Origin: Octopus sinensis
Taxonomy: Eukaryota
Assembly: GCF_006345805.1 (NCBI RefSeq)
Contig: NC_043023.1
Span: 19,592,001 to 19,656,000 of the forward strand
Reading direction: 5' to 3'
DNA: 64,000 nt
In this document: piece after piece, positions 38,004 to 50,042 of the stretch
Layout: each line of letters starts with the position of its first letter
Numbering within the stretch: position 1 is the stretch's first letter
Notes under the pieces: model-generated
What the model was told of the DNA's origin: nothing
The model's input: the letters and a program-made list of their open reading frames with translations, nothing else
The model's database searches: none
Translations under genes and position numbers: made by a program

Positions 38004-38224
38004 ATATATGTGTATGTGTGTGTTTGTCCCCCTAGCATTGCTTGACAACCGATGCTGGTGTGTTTATCTCCCCGTTACTTAGCGGTTCGGCAAAAGTGAC
38101 CGATAGAATAAGTACTGGGCTTACAAAAGAATAAGTCCCGGGGTTGAGTTGCTTGATTAAAGGCGGTGCTCCAGCATGGCCACAGTCAAATGACTGAAAC
38201 AAGTAAAAGAGTATATATATATAT

Positions 38225-38455
38225 ATCACCATGACTGATCAGTCCGTCAGGCATCTGTTTGACACCGCTGGTCACAGCACGCTGTCCACTCCTCTCTGGA
38301 TCGCACCTTTCTCATCCAAGTGATCCCAATCGCAGCAAGTTTAGACGGGCTGAACATGTCGCCCGGCTCACCGATAATCGGTGGACCCGTGCACGAGCGG
38401 AGATGACCACCCGGAAGGCCTCCACAACGGTGGAATTACGATTTCAGGAAAACTG
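38225..38455. mobile_element. RTE-1-like LINE 3' fragment with internal inversion
   Basis: + strand encodes SKFRRAEHVARLTDNRWTRA. Minus strand encodes MRKVRSREEWTACCDQRCQTDA* plus 3' UTR. Confidence 0.6.
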
Positions 38456-38869
38456 TTGGGATATACATATACATATATCATATATAGGAATAGTTATGTG
38501 CTAAGTAACTTGCTTACCAGCCACATGGTTCCAGGTTCAGTCCCATTGCATGGCACCTTGGGTAAGTGCCTTCTACTATAGTCTCAGGCTGACCAAAGCC
38601 TTGTGGGTGGATTTGGTAGACGGAAACTGAAAGCCCGTCGTATATATGTGTGTGTGTCTGTGTTTGTCTGCCCACCATCGATTGACAACCAATGCTGGTG
38701 TGTTTACCTCCTCGTAACTTAGCATTTCAACAAAAGAGACCAATAAAATAAGTACTGGGCTTACAAGTCATCCTTTACCTTATTTCTTACCACTGGCTGG
38801 GTATACGTCTGTAGACAGCCAAAAGAATCATTTGACCCAGACTGCCTTCTTCCAACTGTTAAACATGGA

Positions 38870-39394
38870 GGAGAATCTGTGAGGATATGTGGGTGCTATA
38901 TCTTGGAAATCTGCCAGCCCTATGGTTTCCCTTCATGGCAGAATTAATTGTCAAGACTATTTAAGCATTTTATCTGATCAAATTCGTCCTATGGTTGCGG
39001 AACTGTTTCTGGAGGGAAGCACAATCTTTCAGGATGATAATGCACCAATTGACACAGCTAAACTTGTTACTGAATGGCACGAGGAACATTCTAGTGAAGT
39101 TGAACATATTATCTGGCCACCACAGTCGCCAGATCCCAATATTATTGAACATTTATGGTGCATTTTAGAAAAACAAGTAAGGAGTCAGTATCCTCCACCA
39201 TCATCTCTACAAGAACTGGAGACTGGTTTAGCTGAAGAATGGACAAAAAATTCTTTGGAAACAATTCAAACTTTGTACAAGTCCATACCTCGTAGAATTC
39301 AAACTGTAATTACTATCAAAGATGGTCCTGCCCCTTAATAAAATAAATTTGTTTGAAGTATTGAGGTGTTTCCATTATTTTGTTCAACACCTGT
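38870..39394 (+). mobile_element. Tc1-family transposase remnant (3' half) with right TIR
   Basis: FQDDNAP...WPPQSPDPNIIEHLW. Right-end TIR-like GGTGTTTCCATTATTTTGTTCAACACCTG ends ~45 bp before CEP41 exon 2. Confidence 0.88.
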
Positions 39395-39439
39395 CTGTAT
39401 ACACACTTCACATAAACTCTTCTACATCTTCCTTTCCAG

Positions 39440-39503
39440 GCATTTGATCGGAAAATCCCAGTCAACCCAAAATACAAACACGTCAAACCAACGGTGGACA
39501 CTG
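39440..39503 (+). CDS. CEP41: CEP41 exon 2
   Basis: CCTTTCCAG acceptor, GTAAGT donor, 64 nt. AFDRKIPVNPKYKHVKPTVDT(G) is similar to vertebrate RIPQNPRYQHIKSRLDTG. Confidence 0.92.
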
Positions 39504-39834
39504 GTAAGTCACCTTTCTTTCCATGGCTCTCCCCATCAAACCCTTCTACCTTCAACTCGGTCCTTTTGAAGGACCATACAGTGCATGAGAGTTAAGTCTC
39601 CCTCAGGATGAGATGTTAGTCTCTCAAAGGAGTCAACAAAACAGTTTCTGTGTCGTTGCTTAGCTCAGCTAGAAATAGCAGTGAAGTCTCCTTTAAATTA
39701 CTCCTCCTCTTCATGTTGTTTTAGAGAAAAATGTGTTGGAGGACGTAAGACATGATGGTCATGGATAGAACTATACTGAATACTGTATTGTACTTCAAAC
39801 AGTGTAGTCCTAGAAATTATAGGCCCAAATAAAA

Positions 39835-40205
39835 GATGAGATGGTCGCAGCTGGAACATCTTTGATCATAAGTCTGTCTGGATCAGGATTGACCTAGGGC
39901 TAAACAACAATAACTATAGCTTCTAATACTAACTACTCTATTATACATTAGATAATGTAGTCTTAGATACACTATGCCTGAATACAAGATGGGATGGTCA
40001 CAGTTTGAACATCTTTGATCATAGGTCTGTCTGGATCAGGACTGACCTGGGGCTAAACAACAACAGCTACAGCCACTAATACTAACTACTATACATTGGA
40101 TAATGTAGTCCTAGATACACTATGCCTGAATAAAAGATGGGATGGTCACAGTTGGAACATCTTTGATTATGGGTCTGTCTGGATCAGGTCAGACCTGAGG
40201 TTAAA
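39835..40205 (-). repeat. Inverted sister of the 150-bp array at 27850-28500 (~2.5 copies)
   Basis: Reverse complement shares GTGTATCTAGGACTACATTATCTAATGTATAG...GGCTATAGTTGTTGTTTA. Confidence 0.8.
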
Positions 40206-40737
40206 TAGCCATCACCATTAACACTCAATCAGATATGATCCACTCTTTAGCATTTAAATTGGTCATATCAGGCCCAGATATGTCCAAACTGGTCAGGTCC
40301 AGCTTCTCACACCAGCTCTACAATGTCACTCTAAAATCAAACAATCCCATCATCGAAATCTCAAAGCTATGAGATAATCTATGATTAATTCAAAACAATA
40401 TGGATAAATAAGCATTACATTGGACAATAATCTGATTGCTAAAGGGTTAAGTCTACCCCAGTATATCACTGCTACTTTATTTTATCAACCCCATAACAAT
40501 GAAAGGTAAAGTTAGTCTTCTATTATAATTCCATTGACATCTTGGATGTTTTATAGGAATATTAATCCTTTAGCATTGAAACCAACCAAAACTGGCCTCT
40601 CACACCTACCCTACAATGTCATTCTGTCATTCTAAAAATAAACAACAATATTGAAATCGCAAAGCTCGGAGATAATGCATGATTAATTCAAAATAATATG
40701 AATAAATACATAAGATTTACAGTTGACAAGGTAATCT

Positions 40738-41485
40738 TATTTCTTTACTGCCCACAAGGGTCTAAACACAGAGGGGACAAACAAGGACAGACAAACGGAT
40801 TAAGGCGATTATATTGATCCCAGTGCGTAACTGGTACTTAATTTATCGACCCCGAAAGGATGAAAGGCAAAGTCGACCTCGGTGGAATTTGAACTCAGAA
40901 CGTAGCGACAGACGAAATACCTATTTCTTTACTACCCACAAGGGGCTAAACACAGAGGGGACAAACACGGACTGACAAAGGGATTAAGTCGATTACATCG
41001 ACCCCAGTGCGTAACTGGTACTTAATTTATCGACCCCGAAAGGATGAAAGGCAAAGTCGACCTCGGCGGAATTTGAATTCAGAACGTAGTGACAGATGAA
41101 ATACCTATTTCTTTACTACCCACAAGGGGCTAAACACAGAGGGGACAAACACGGACAGACAAAGGGATTAAGTCGATTACATCGACCCCAGTGCGTAACT
41201 GGTACTTAATTTATCAACCCCGAAAGGATGAAAGGCAAAGTCGACCTCAGTGGAATTTGAACTCAGAACGTAGTGGTAGACGAAATACCTATTTCTTTAC
41301 TACCCACAAGGGGCTAAACACAGAGGGGACAAACAAGGACAGACAAACGGATTAAGTCGATTTCATCGACCCCAGTGCGTAACTGGTACTTATTTAATTG
41401 ACCCCGAAAGGATGAAAAGCGAAGTCGACCTCGGCGGAATTTGAACTCAGAACGTAGCGGCAGAGGAAATACTGCTAGGCATTTC
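40738..41485 (-). mobile_element. 5'-truncated OK-like SINE with four 184-bp units and 19-bp TSD, inserted in a piggyBac-type MITE
   Basis: TATTTCTTTAC at 40738, 40922, 41106, 41290. TSD ACAGTTGACAA(G/A)GTAATCT at 40719-40737 and 41486-41504. Confidence 0.9.
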
Positions 41486-41971
41486 ACAGTTGACAAAGTA
41501 ATCTGTATGCTAAAGGGTTATACGGGACTGATGTTGAAGAGATTAGTGGGGTTTAGAAAGTTGGGGAGATAATCCATTGTAACAATAACTGTGTTGACAG
41601 AGGAAGAGCAGGAAGAATTAATCCAGCTCGTAAAATACTCCAGGCTGATTATTATTCGAGGAGGGTTGTCGAGATGATGTGGCTGTGCTGGGGTGGGGTG
41701 TGGGGGTAGTGTTTGTTTAGACCTTATCAAAACAACTGAGGTGAATTGGGAGTGCAGTAGTGGGCCTGGTGGTGGTGGTGCTCTGCTGTGAGACTGAACT
41801 CAAAACCATGGAGTCGCAAAGCAAGCTTCTTAACCACTTAACCATGCTGGTGTTTCATTCATCTGAATGTTCTGAGTTCAAACTCTGCCAAGGTCAACTT
41901 TGCCTTTCATCCTTTTGGTCTGAGACCCAGTGCATGACTGGTATCTATTTTACTGATACTGAAAGGATGTG

Positions 41972-42415
41972 AAGGCGCATGGCTCAGTGGTTAGATTGTG
42001 AGGTTGTAGTTCGAATCCCGGACCGGGCTGCGTGTTGTGTTCTTGAGCAAAACACTTTATTTCACGTTGCTCCAGTTCACATGCGCATGGCTCAGTGGTT
42101 AGAGCGTCAAGCTTACGATTGTGAGGTTGTGAGTTCGAAACCCGGACCGGGCTGCATGCTGTGTTCTTGAGAAAGACACTTTATTTCACATTGCTCCAGT
42201 TCACTCAACTGTAGAAATGAGTTTCGATGTCACAGGTGCCAAGCTGTATCGGCCCCTTTGCCTTTCCCTTGGATAACATCGGTGGTGTGGAGAGGGGAGG
42301 CTGGTATGCGTGGGCGACTGCTGGTCTTCCATAAACAACCTAGCCCAGACTTGTACCTGGGAGGGTAACTTTCTAGGTGCAAGCCCATGGTCAGTGTCTG
42401 ACCGAAGAGGTGAGA
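41972..42415 (+). mobile_element. tRNA-derived SINE of a further family, with duplicated head
   Basis: GGCGCATGGCTCAGTGGTTAG (A box) and GTTCGAA (B box) occur twice, followed by GTGTTCTTGAG...CACTTTATTTCAC. Confidence 0.75.
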
Positions 42416-43998
42416 AAAGCAGCCCCAAATATTGCTTACTCACATACACATACGGTTCGAGTGTACATAAAACAGAAACCTGTGACAAGCGAGGGAACGA
42501 CAAACAAGGTGTATTTGTTTTGATGCTCCGAGAAAATGGAAAGGTTTCACAATGTTTCAAGCCTACGCTCTTCAGCAGGGACGAACGAGGGAAAAGAAAT
42601 GGAGAGAAAAATCCTGTCTAAATTAAGTTTCACAATGTTGAATAATATGTATATATAATCATCATCATCGTTTAACGCCTGTTTTCCATGCTAGCTTGGG
42701 TTGGACGATTTGACTGAGGTCTGGTGAACCAGACTCCAATCTGATCTGGTAGAGTTTCTACAGCTGGATGCCTTTCCTAATGCCAACCACTCCGAGAGTG
42801 TAGTGGGTGCTACCTTTTTTAAGATACTTTCAAGCCTTCGCCATAACTTGATTTATCTTCCTATCTCTCTCTCTACAATATTTAACCGCAGGCTGCCTCA
42901 AGCCGTAACCATCTTTTTCCCATCTTTCAGTCATTGGCGGTCTTCTTTTTTCTTTTCCCCTCTTCTTCTTCATATGCTAAAACTTGAAAACCGCATTACT
43001 ATTACTATTACGATTCTGCAATTTAAATTCCCAGTTCAACTACTTTCTTCTTCAATTTCAACTCCCGCTCGATGACCGCAGCAAGTTCTTAAAAAATATC
43101 TTACTATATTTTTTATTCGTTGTTAATACGTTTATTCATACACTGTTACGAAAATTTAACCTTTTTTAAGATACTTTCAAGCCTTCGCCATAACTTGATT
43201 TATCTTCTATCTCTCTCTCTACAATATTTACCGCAGGCTGCCTCAAGCCGTAATCCCATCTTTTTCCCATCTTTCAGTCATTGGCGGTGCGCCCGCCCCC
43301 CCACCCCCACCACCAATACCGTTGAACACTGTTCTCACCCCCACCACCAATACCGTTGAACACTGTTCTCCCCCCCCCCACCACCAATACCAGTATACCC
43401 CGTTCTCTCTATCTACACCGGATACACCTTACTCATCTACACTGAGTACGCCCTACTCCCTCCTCCTCCTCCCACTACCACTTCTCCTCATATGCTTAAG
43501 ACAAGCTGCTGGCGCCATAGCTCATCAACTGCCCACGATCTTACGCTTCCTCCTGACACTGCCTCAATCCGACCATCCCCTTTTAGTACCCTCCCGCCTC
43601 GTCACCTACCCATTCTAAGTAACCCCCTACCCATTCTAAGTACCCCCCTACCCATTCTAAGTACCCCGGATCCCCAAAGTACCCCGGATCCCCAAAATAC
43701 CCCAGTCCCCAAGTACCCCGGACCTCGTTGCCCCCGTGCCGCTGACACGTTAAAATGCTCGAATCCGATCGTGACGATGCTGGACCCTCCGCCCCTGTGC
43801 AGGTGGCACGTAAAAAGCACCCAATCCACTCACGGAGTGGTTGGCGTTAGGAAGGGCATCCAGCCGTAGAAACTCTGCCAGATTCAGACTGGAGCCTGGA
43901 GCGGCCCCTGGCTTCCCAGACCCGGTCAAACCGTCCAACCCGTGCTAGCGCGGAAAGCGGACGTTAAACGATGATGATGATGATGATGATATATATAT

Positions 43999-45525
43999 GT
44001 CATCATCATCATTTAACGTCCGTTTTCCATGCTAGCATGGGTTGGACGATTTGACTGAGGTCTGGTGAACCAGACTCCAATCTGATCTGGTAGAGTTTCT
44101 ACAGCTGGATGCCTTTCCTAATGCCAACCACTCCGAGAGTGTAGTGGGTGCTACATATATATATATATGTCATCATCATCATTTAACGTCCGCTTTCCAT
44201 GCTAGCATGGGTTGGACGATTTGACTGAGGTCTGGTGAACCAGACTCCAATCTGATCCGGCAGAGTTTCTACAGCTGGATGCCTTTCCTAATGCCAACCA
44301 CTCCGAGAGTGTAGTGGGTGCTACATATATATATATATGTCATCATCATCATTTAACGTCCGCTTTCCATGCTAGCATGGGTTGGACGATTTGACTGAGG
44401 TCTGGTGAACCAGACTCCAATCTGATCCGGCAGAGTTTCTACAGCTGGATGCCTTTCCTAATGCCAACCACTCCGAGAGTGTAGTGGGTGCTACATATAT
44501 ATATATATGTCCTCATCATCATTTAACGTCCTGCTTTCCATGCTAGCATGGGTTGGACGATTTGACTGAGGTCTGGTGAACCAGACTCCAATCTGATCCG
44601 GCAGAGTTTCTAACAAGCTGGATGCCTTTCTAATGCCAACCACTCCGAGAGTGTAGTGGGTGCTACATATATATATTATGTCATCATCATCATTTAACGT
44701 CCGCTTTCCATGCTAGCATGGGTTGGACGATTTGACTGAGGTCTGGTGAACCAGACTCCAATCTGATCCGGCAGAGTTTCTACAGCTGGATGCCTTTCCT
44801 AATGCCAACCACTCCGAGAGTGTAGTGGGTGTTACATATATATATATATGTCATCATCATCATTTAACGTCCGCTTTCCATGCTAGCATGGGTTGGACGA
44901 TTTGACTGAGGTCTGGTGAACCAGACTCCAATCTGATCCGGCAGAGTTTCTACAGCTGGATGCCTTTCCTAATGCCAACCACTCCGAGAGTGTAGTGGGT
45001 GCTACATATATATATATGTATATATATATGTCATCATCATCATTTAACGTCCGCTTTCCATGCTAGCATGGGTTGGACGATTTGACTGAGGTCTGGTGAA
45101 CCAGACTCCAATCTGATCCGGCAGAGTTTCTACAGCTGGATGCCTTTCCTAATGCCAACCACTCCGAGAGTGTAGTGGGTGCTACATATATATATGTCAT
45201 CATCATCCTTTAACGTCCGTTTTCCATGCTAGCATGGGTTGGACGATTCGACTGAGGTCTGGTGAACCAGGCTCCAATCTTGATCTGGCAGTGTTTCTAC
45301 AGCTGGATGCCTTTCCTAATGCCAACCACTCCGAGAGTGTAGTGGGTGCTACATATATATATATATATATGTCATCATCATCATTTAACGTCCGTTTTCC
45401 ATGCTAGCATAGGTTGGATGGTTTGACCGGGGTCTGGGAAGTCAGGAGGCTGCACCAGGCTCCAGTTTGGTCTGGCAGAGTTTCTACAGCTGGATGCCCT
45501 TCCTAATGCCAACCACTCCATGAGT
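43999..45525 (-). repeat. Tandem array of a 170-bp RTE 3'-tail unit (8 copies plus 1 divergent)
   Basis: GTCATCATCATCATTTAACGTCC, with minor variants, at 43999, 44169, 44339, 44509, 44680, 44850, 45030, 45196, 45371. Confidence 0.93.
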
Positions 45526-45549
45526 ATTTTTTTTGTTTTGTCTTTTCAG

Positions 45550-45597
45550 GAGCAAGTCTTTCGAAATACTTGGCAAAAATTGAAGAAATTCGGAAAA
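45550..45597 (+). CDS. CEP41: CEP41 exon 3
   Basis: TCTTTTCAG acceptor, GTAAGT donor, 48 nt. (G)ASLSKYLAKIEEIRK(N) is similar to vertebrate GNSMTKYTEKLEEIKKN. Confidence 0.92.
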
Positions 45598-46061
45598 GTA
45601 AGTCTTAATAACATCCTCATTTCCACATCTAATTTGTTTTCATTGCTGGCATGGGTTGGACAGTTTGACTGAAAACTGGTAAGCTAGGGAGTTACACCAG
45701 TTTATATATACACACACACAAATACATACATATATATATATATATATAAATATAAAAGGAAATGAAGAAAATGCTGACAAAATAATTTAAGTAATTTAAT
45801 TAGGTGAAAGTTCTTTTTACCGGTTGCGCATTTGTTATGCTTATCAAAAGTTTTTTCCTTTATTTTGTCAGCATTTTCTTCATTTCCTTTTTTATATATC
45901 ACAACTCGTGTTCCACATCTCCTTTTTTAAATATATATATATATATATATAATGTATGTATGTATATATGTATGTATATATGTATGTATGTATATATGTA
46001 TGTATGTATATATGTATGTATGTATATATGTATGTATGTATGTATATATGTATGTATGTAT

Positions 46062-46955
46062 ATCCTTAAATCCTTAAAAATGTTTTAGCCCGAAGGCCGC
46101 GGCCATGCTGGGGCACCACCGCTGAATGAGCTACACTAGTTTGTGAATCCACCTCTGATACGTGGCACTTGATCAACAAGGGAGTTCGATGCTGCTGCCC
46201 GCATCCGTGTCTCCTGTCGTGAGGTAGGTTCATCTGGGACTCCCAACAAGAAGAGATCCAGTTTAGTTTTAAAGAAATCCACATCCACACCATGTAAGTC
46301 TCTCAGGCATTTAGTGAGGATGTTAAAGAGCTGTGGTCCTCTGAAACCCAAGCTGTTGCAGTATCTGGACCTGTATTTTGATGGTGATGTTGGAATCCTT
46401 GGCACCACGCAGCGGCGCCCCGTTCTGCGGTTGGAGTAACTTTGAATGCCAAAGTTTGGGACAAGACCCTCCAGGATTTTCCAGATGTATATCACTGCAT
46501 ATCTCTCCCGCCTCCGCTCCAGGGAGAAGAGGTTTAATACCTTCAGTCTTTCCCAGTAGCTGACATTTTGCATTGAGACGATTTTCTTTGTGTAGCTTCT
46601 CTGAGTTGCTTCGAGTTCTGCTGTTTGTTTTATATTGTTGGGAGCAGTAGTCCAAGCGGCTGAGGACAAATGTTTTCCATAGGACCATCAGTGTCTCCTT
46701 CTCTCTTGTTCTGAAAGTTCGGAGAATCCATCCAGCTAGCCGTCTGCATTTTATCACCAGATTAGCAATATGCATTTGGAAAGATGCATCATTGCTCATG
46801 TCAATGCCCAGGTCACGCACTGATTTTGACTCAGGGATTGCAATTCTTCCTGGGCCAGTGTATCCAGTCTGCATGTCGTTTACCTTTGTGTGCCAGTAGC
46901 GCAGGGCCTGGAACTTACCTGCATTAAACTGCATGTTGTTGTCCTCAGCCCACCT
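46062..46955 (-). mobile_element. CR1-clade LINE 3' fragment (ORF2 C-terminus, frameshifted) with 3' UTR and (ATTTAAGG)n tail
   Basis: [15 protein letters not shown]...VRDLGI...SRLDYCSQ / LEATQRSYTK...YWERLKVLNLFSLERRRER. Confidence 0.88.
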
Positions 46956-47646
46956 GTATTATATATATATATATATATGTATGTATATATATATGTATGT
47001 ATATGTATGTATGTATGTATATATAATATGTAGTATGATACTATATATGTATGTATATGTAGTATGTATATGTATGTATATATATATATATGTATGTATG
47101 TATATATAGTATGTCTATATATGTATGTATGTATTATATGTATGTATATATATGTATGTATGTATATATGTATGTATGATATGTATGTATGTATAGATGT
47201 ATATGTATATATATGTATGTATGTATATATATGTATGTATGTGTATGTATTATTATATGTATATATGTATATGTATGTAATATATATATGTATATATGTA
47301 TGTATGTATATATATGTATGTATGTGTATCATCATCATCATCATCATCATCATTAGCGTCCGTTTTCCATGCTAGCATGGGTTGGACGGTTCAACTGGGT
47401 CTGGGGAGCCAGAAGGCTGCACCAGGCCAGTCAGATCTGGCAGTGTTTCTACAGCTGGATGCCCTTCCTAACGCCAACCACTCCGAGAGTGTAGTGGGTG
47501 ATTTTATGTGCCACCGACACAGGTGCCAGACGAGGCTGGCGAACGGCCACGCTCGGATGGTGTTTTTATGGTGTTTGTATGTATATATATATATGTATAT
47601 ATGTATATGTATGTATATATATATATGTATATATATGTATGTATGT

Positions 47647-47680
<34 letters not shown>

Positions 47681-47832
47681 GTATGTATATATATATGTAT
47701 GTATGTATATATGTCTGTATGTATATATATATATATGTATGTATGTATATATGTATGTATGTATATATGTATGTATGTATATATATATATATGTATGTAT
47801 GTATATATGTATATATGTATAGATATATATGT

Positions 47833-47866
<34 letters not shown>

Positions 47867-48100
47867 GTATGTATATATGTATGTATATATGTATGTATAT
47901 ATGTATGTATATATGTATGTATGTATGTATGTATATATATGTATGTATGTATATATGTATGTATGTATATATATGTATGTATGTATATATGTATGTATGT
48001 ATATATGTATGTATGTATATATGTATGTATGTATGTATATATGTATGTATGTATGTATATATATGTATGTATGTATGTATATATATATATGTATGTATGT

Positions 48101-48134
<34 letters not shown>

Positions 48135-48333
48135 GTCTATATAATGTATGTATGTATATATATATGTATGTATGTATATATAGTATGTATTATATATATG
48201 TATGTATGTAATGTATGTATGTATGATTGTATGTATGTATAATATGTATGTATGTATGTATGTATGTATATATATATATATATGTATGTATGTATATATA
48301 TATGTATGTATATGTATGTATGTATATGTATGT

Positions 48334-48367
<34 letters not shown>

Positions 48368-49242
48368 TATATATATGTATGTATGTATATATATGTATGT
48401 ATGTATATGTATGTATGTATATGTATGTATGTATATATATATATGTATGTATGTATATATATGTATGTATGTGTATGTATATATATATATATGTATATGT
48501 ATGTATGTGTATGTATATATATATATATGTATATATGTATATGTATGTATATATATATATGTATATAGTATGTAATGTATATATATGTATGTATATGTAT
48601 ATATGTATATGTATGTATATATATATATGTATATATATATATGATATATGTATATGTATGTATATATATATATGTATATATATATATGTATGTATGTATA
48701 TATAAAATGTATGTATATATATGTATGTATGTATGTATTATATATATATATGTGTATGTATGTATATATATGTATGTATGTGTATGTATATATATATATA
48801 TGTATATGTATGTATGTGTAGTATATATATATATATGGTATATATGTATATGTATGTATATATATATATGTATATATGTATGTATGTATATATATGTATG
48901 TATATGTATATATGTATCATGTATGTATATATAATATGTATAATATATATGTATATATGTATATGTATGTATATATTATTATGTATATATAATATGTATG
49001 TATGGATATATATATATGTATGTATATATATGTAGTATGTATGTATGTATATATAATATATATGTATGTATATATTATATGTATGTATGTGCATATATGT
49101 ATGTATGTATATATGTATGTATGTATATATATATATATGTATGCATATGTGTATATGTATGTAATGTATATATGTATGTATGTATATATATATATTATAT
49201 GTATGTATGTATATATGTATGTATGTATATATGTATGTATGT

Positions 49243-49276
<34 letters not shown>

Positions 49277-49380
49277 GTATGTATATATGTATGTATATAT
49301 GTATTGTATATATGTATGTATGTATGTATGTATATATATGTATGTATGTATATATGTATGTATGTATGTATATATGTATG

Positions 49381-49414
<34 letters not shown>

Positions 49415-49596
49415 TGTATATATATGTATGTATGTATGTATATATATATATGTATGTATGTATATATATGTATGTATGTATATATATGTATGTATGTATA
49501 TATATGTATGTATGTATATATATGTATGTATGTATATATATGTATGTATGTATATATATGTATGTATGTATATATATGTATGTATGTATATATATG

Positions 49597-49629
<33 letters not shown>

Positions 49630-49644
49630 GTATATGAATGTATG

Positions 49645-49680
<36 letters not shown>

Positions 49681-49720
49681 TATATATATATATATAAATA
49701 TGTGTGTATATATATATATA
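46955..49720. repeat. Very long (AT)n/(ATGT)n compound microsatellite interrupted by an RTE tail
   Basis: Seen directly. Confidence 0.97.
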
Positions 49721-49941
49721 CATAGGGAGAGTTTATGAAAAAAAGCAAAAGACTAAGACAGGTGGTGTAGAAAACAAACATGTATTAGTATAACGCTCAG
49801 GAATAGAAAAATTCTTTTACGTTTCGAGCCACGCTCTTCTACAGAAAGGGAACAGAAAGAAAAACAAGGAGAGAAACAAGGAGAGAAAAAAATGTGTGTT
49901 GTGTAGTGGCTAGCGATCTATCATGGCGACTATGTTCACCT

Positions 49942-50042
49942 CTAGGGCAAGTGTCTTGGTAGAAGGAAACTGAAAGAAGCCCATCATATATATAAATATA
50001 TATCTTCTTTCAGTTTCCTTCTACCAAAGACACTTGCCCTAG
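49942..50042. other. Near-perfect foldback (38-bp arms, 24-nt loop) from an internally deleted SINE piece
   Basis: CTAGGGCAAGTGTCTTGGTAGAAGGAAACTGAAAGAAG pairs with CTTCTTTCAGTTTCCTTCTACCAAAGACACTTGCCCTAG. Confidence 0.9.

Noticed and set aside
41972-42150. tRNA genes at A/B-box sequences (also the other SINE heads)
   Set aside because: No complete cloverleaf, and each continues into a SINE body and tail.
43999-45370. CRISPR-like regular repeats (also 21584-24741 and 5360-7010)
   Set aside because: Units abut directly or are separated only by (AT)n. There are no unique spacers and no cas genes, and the context is eukaryotic.
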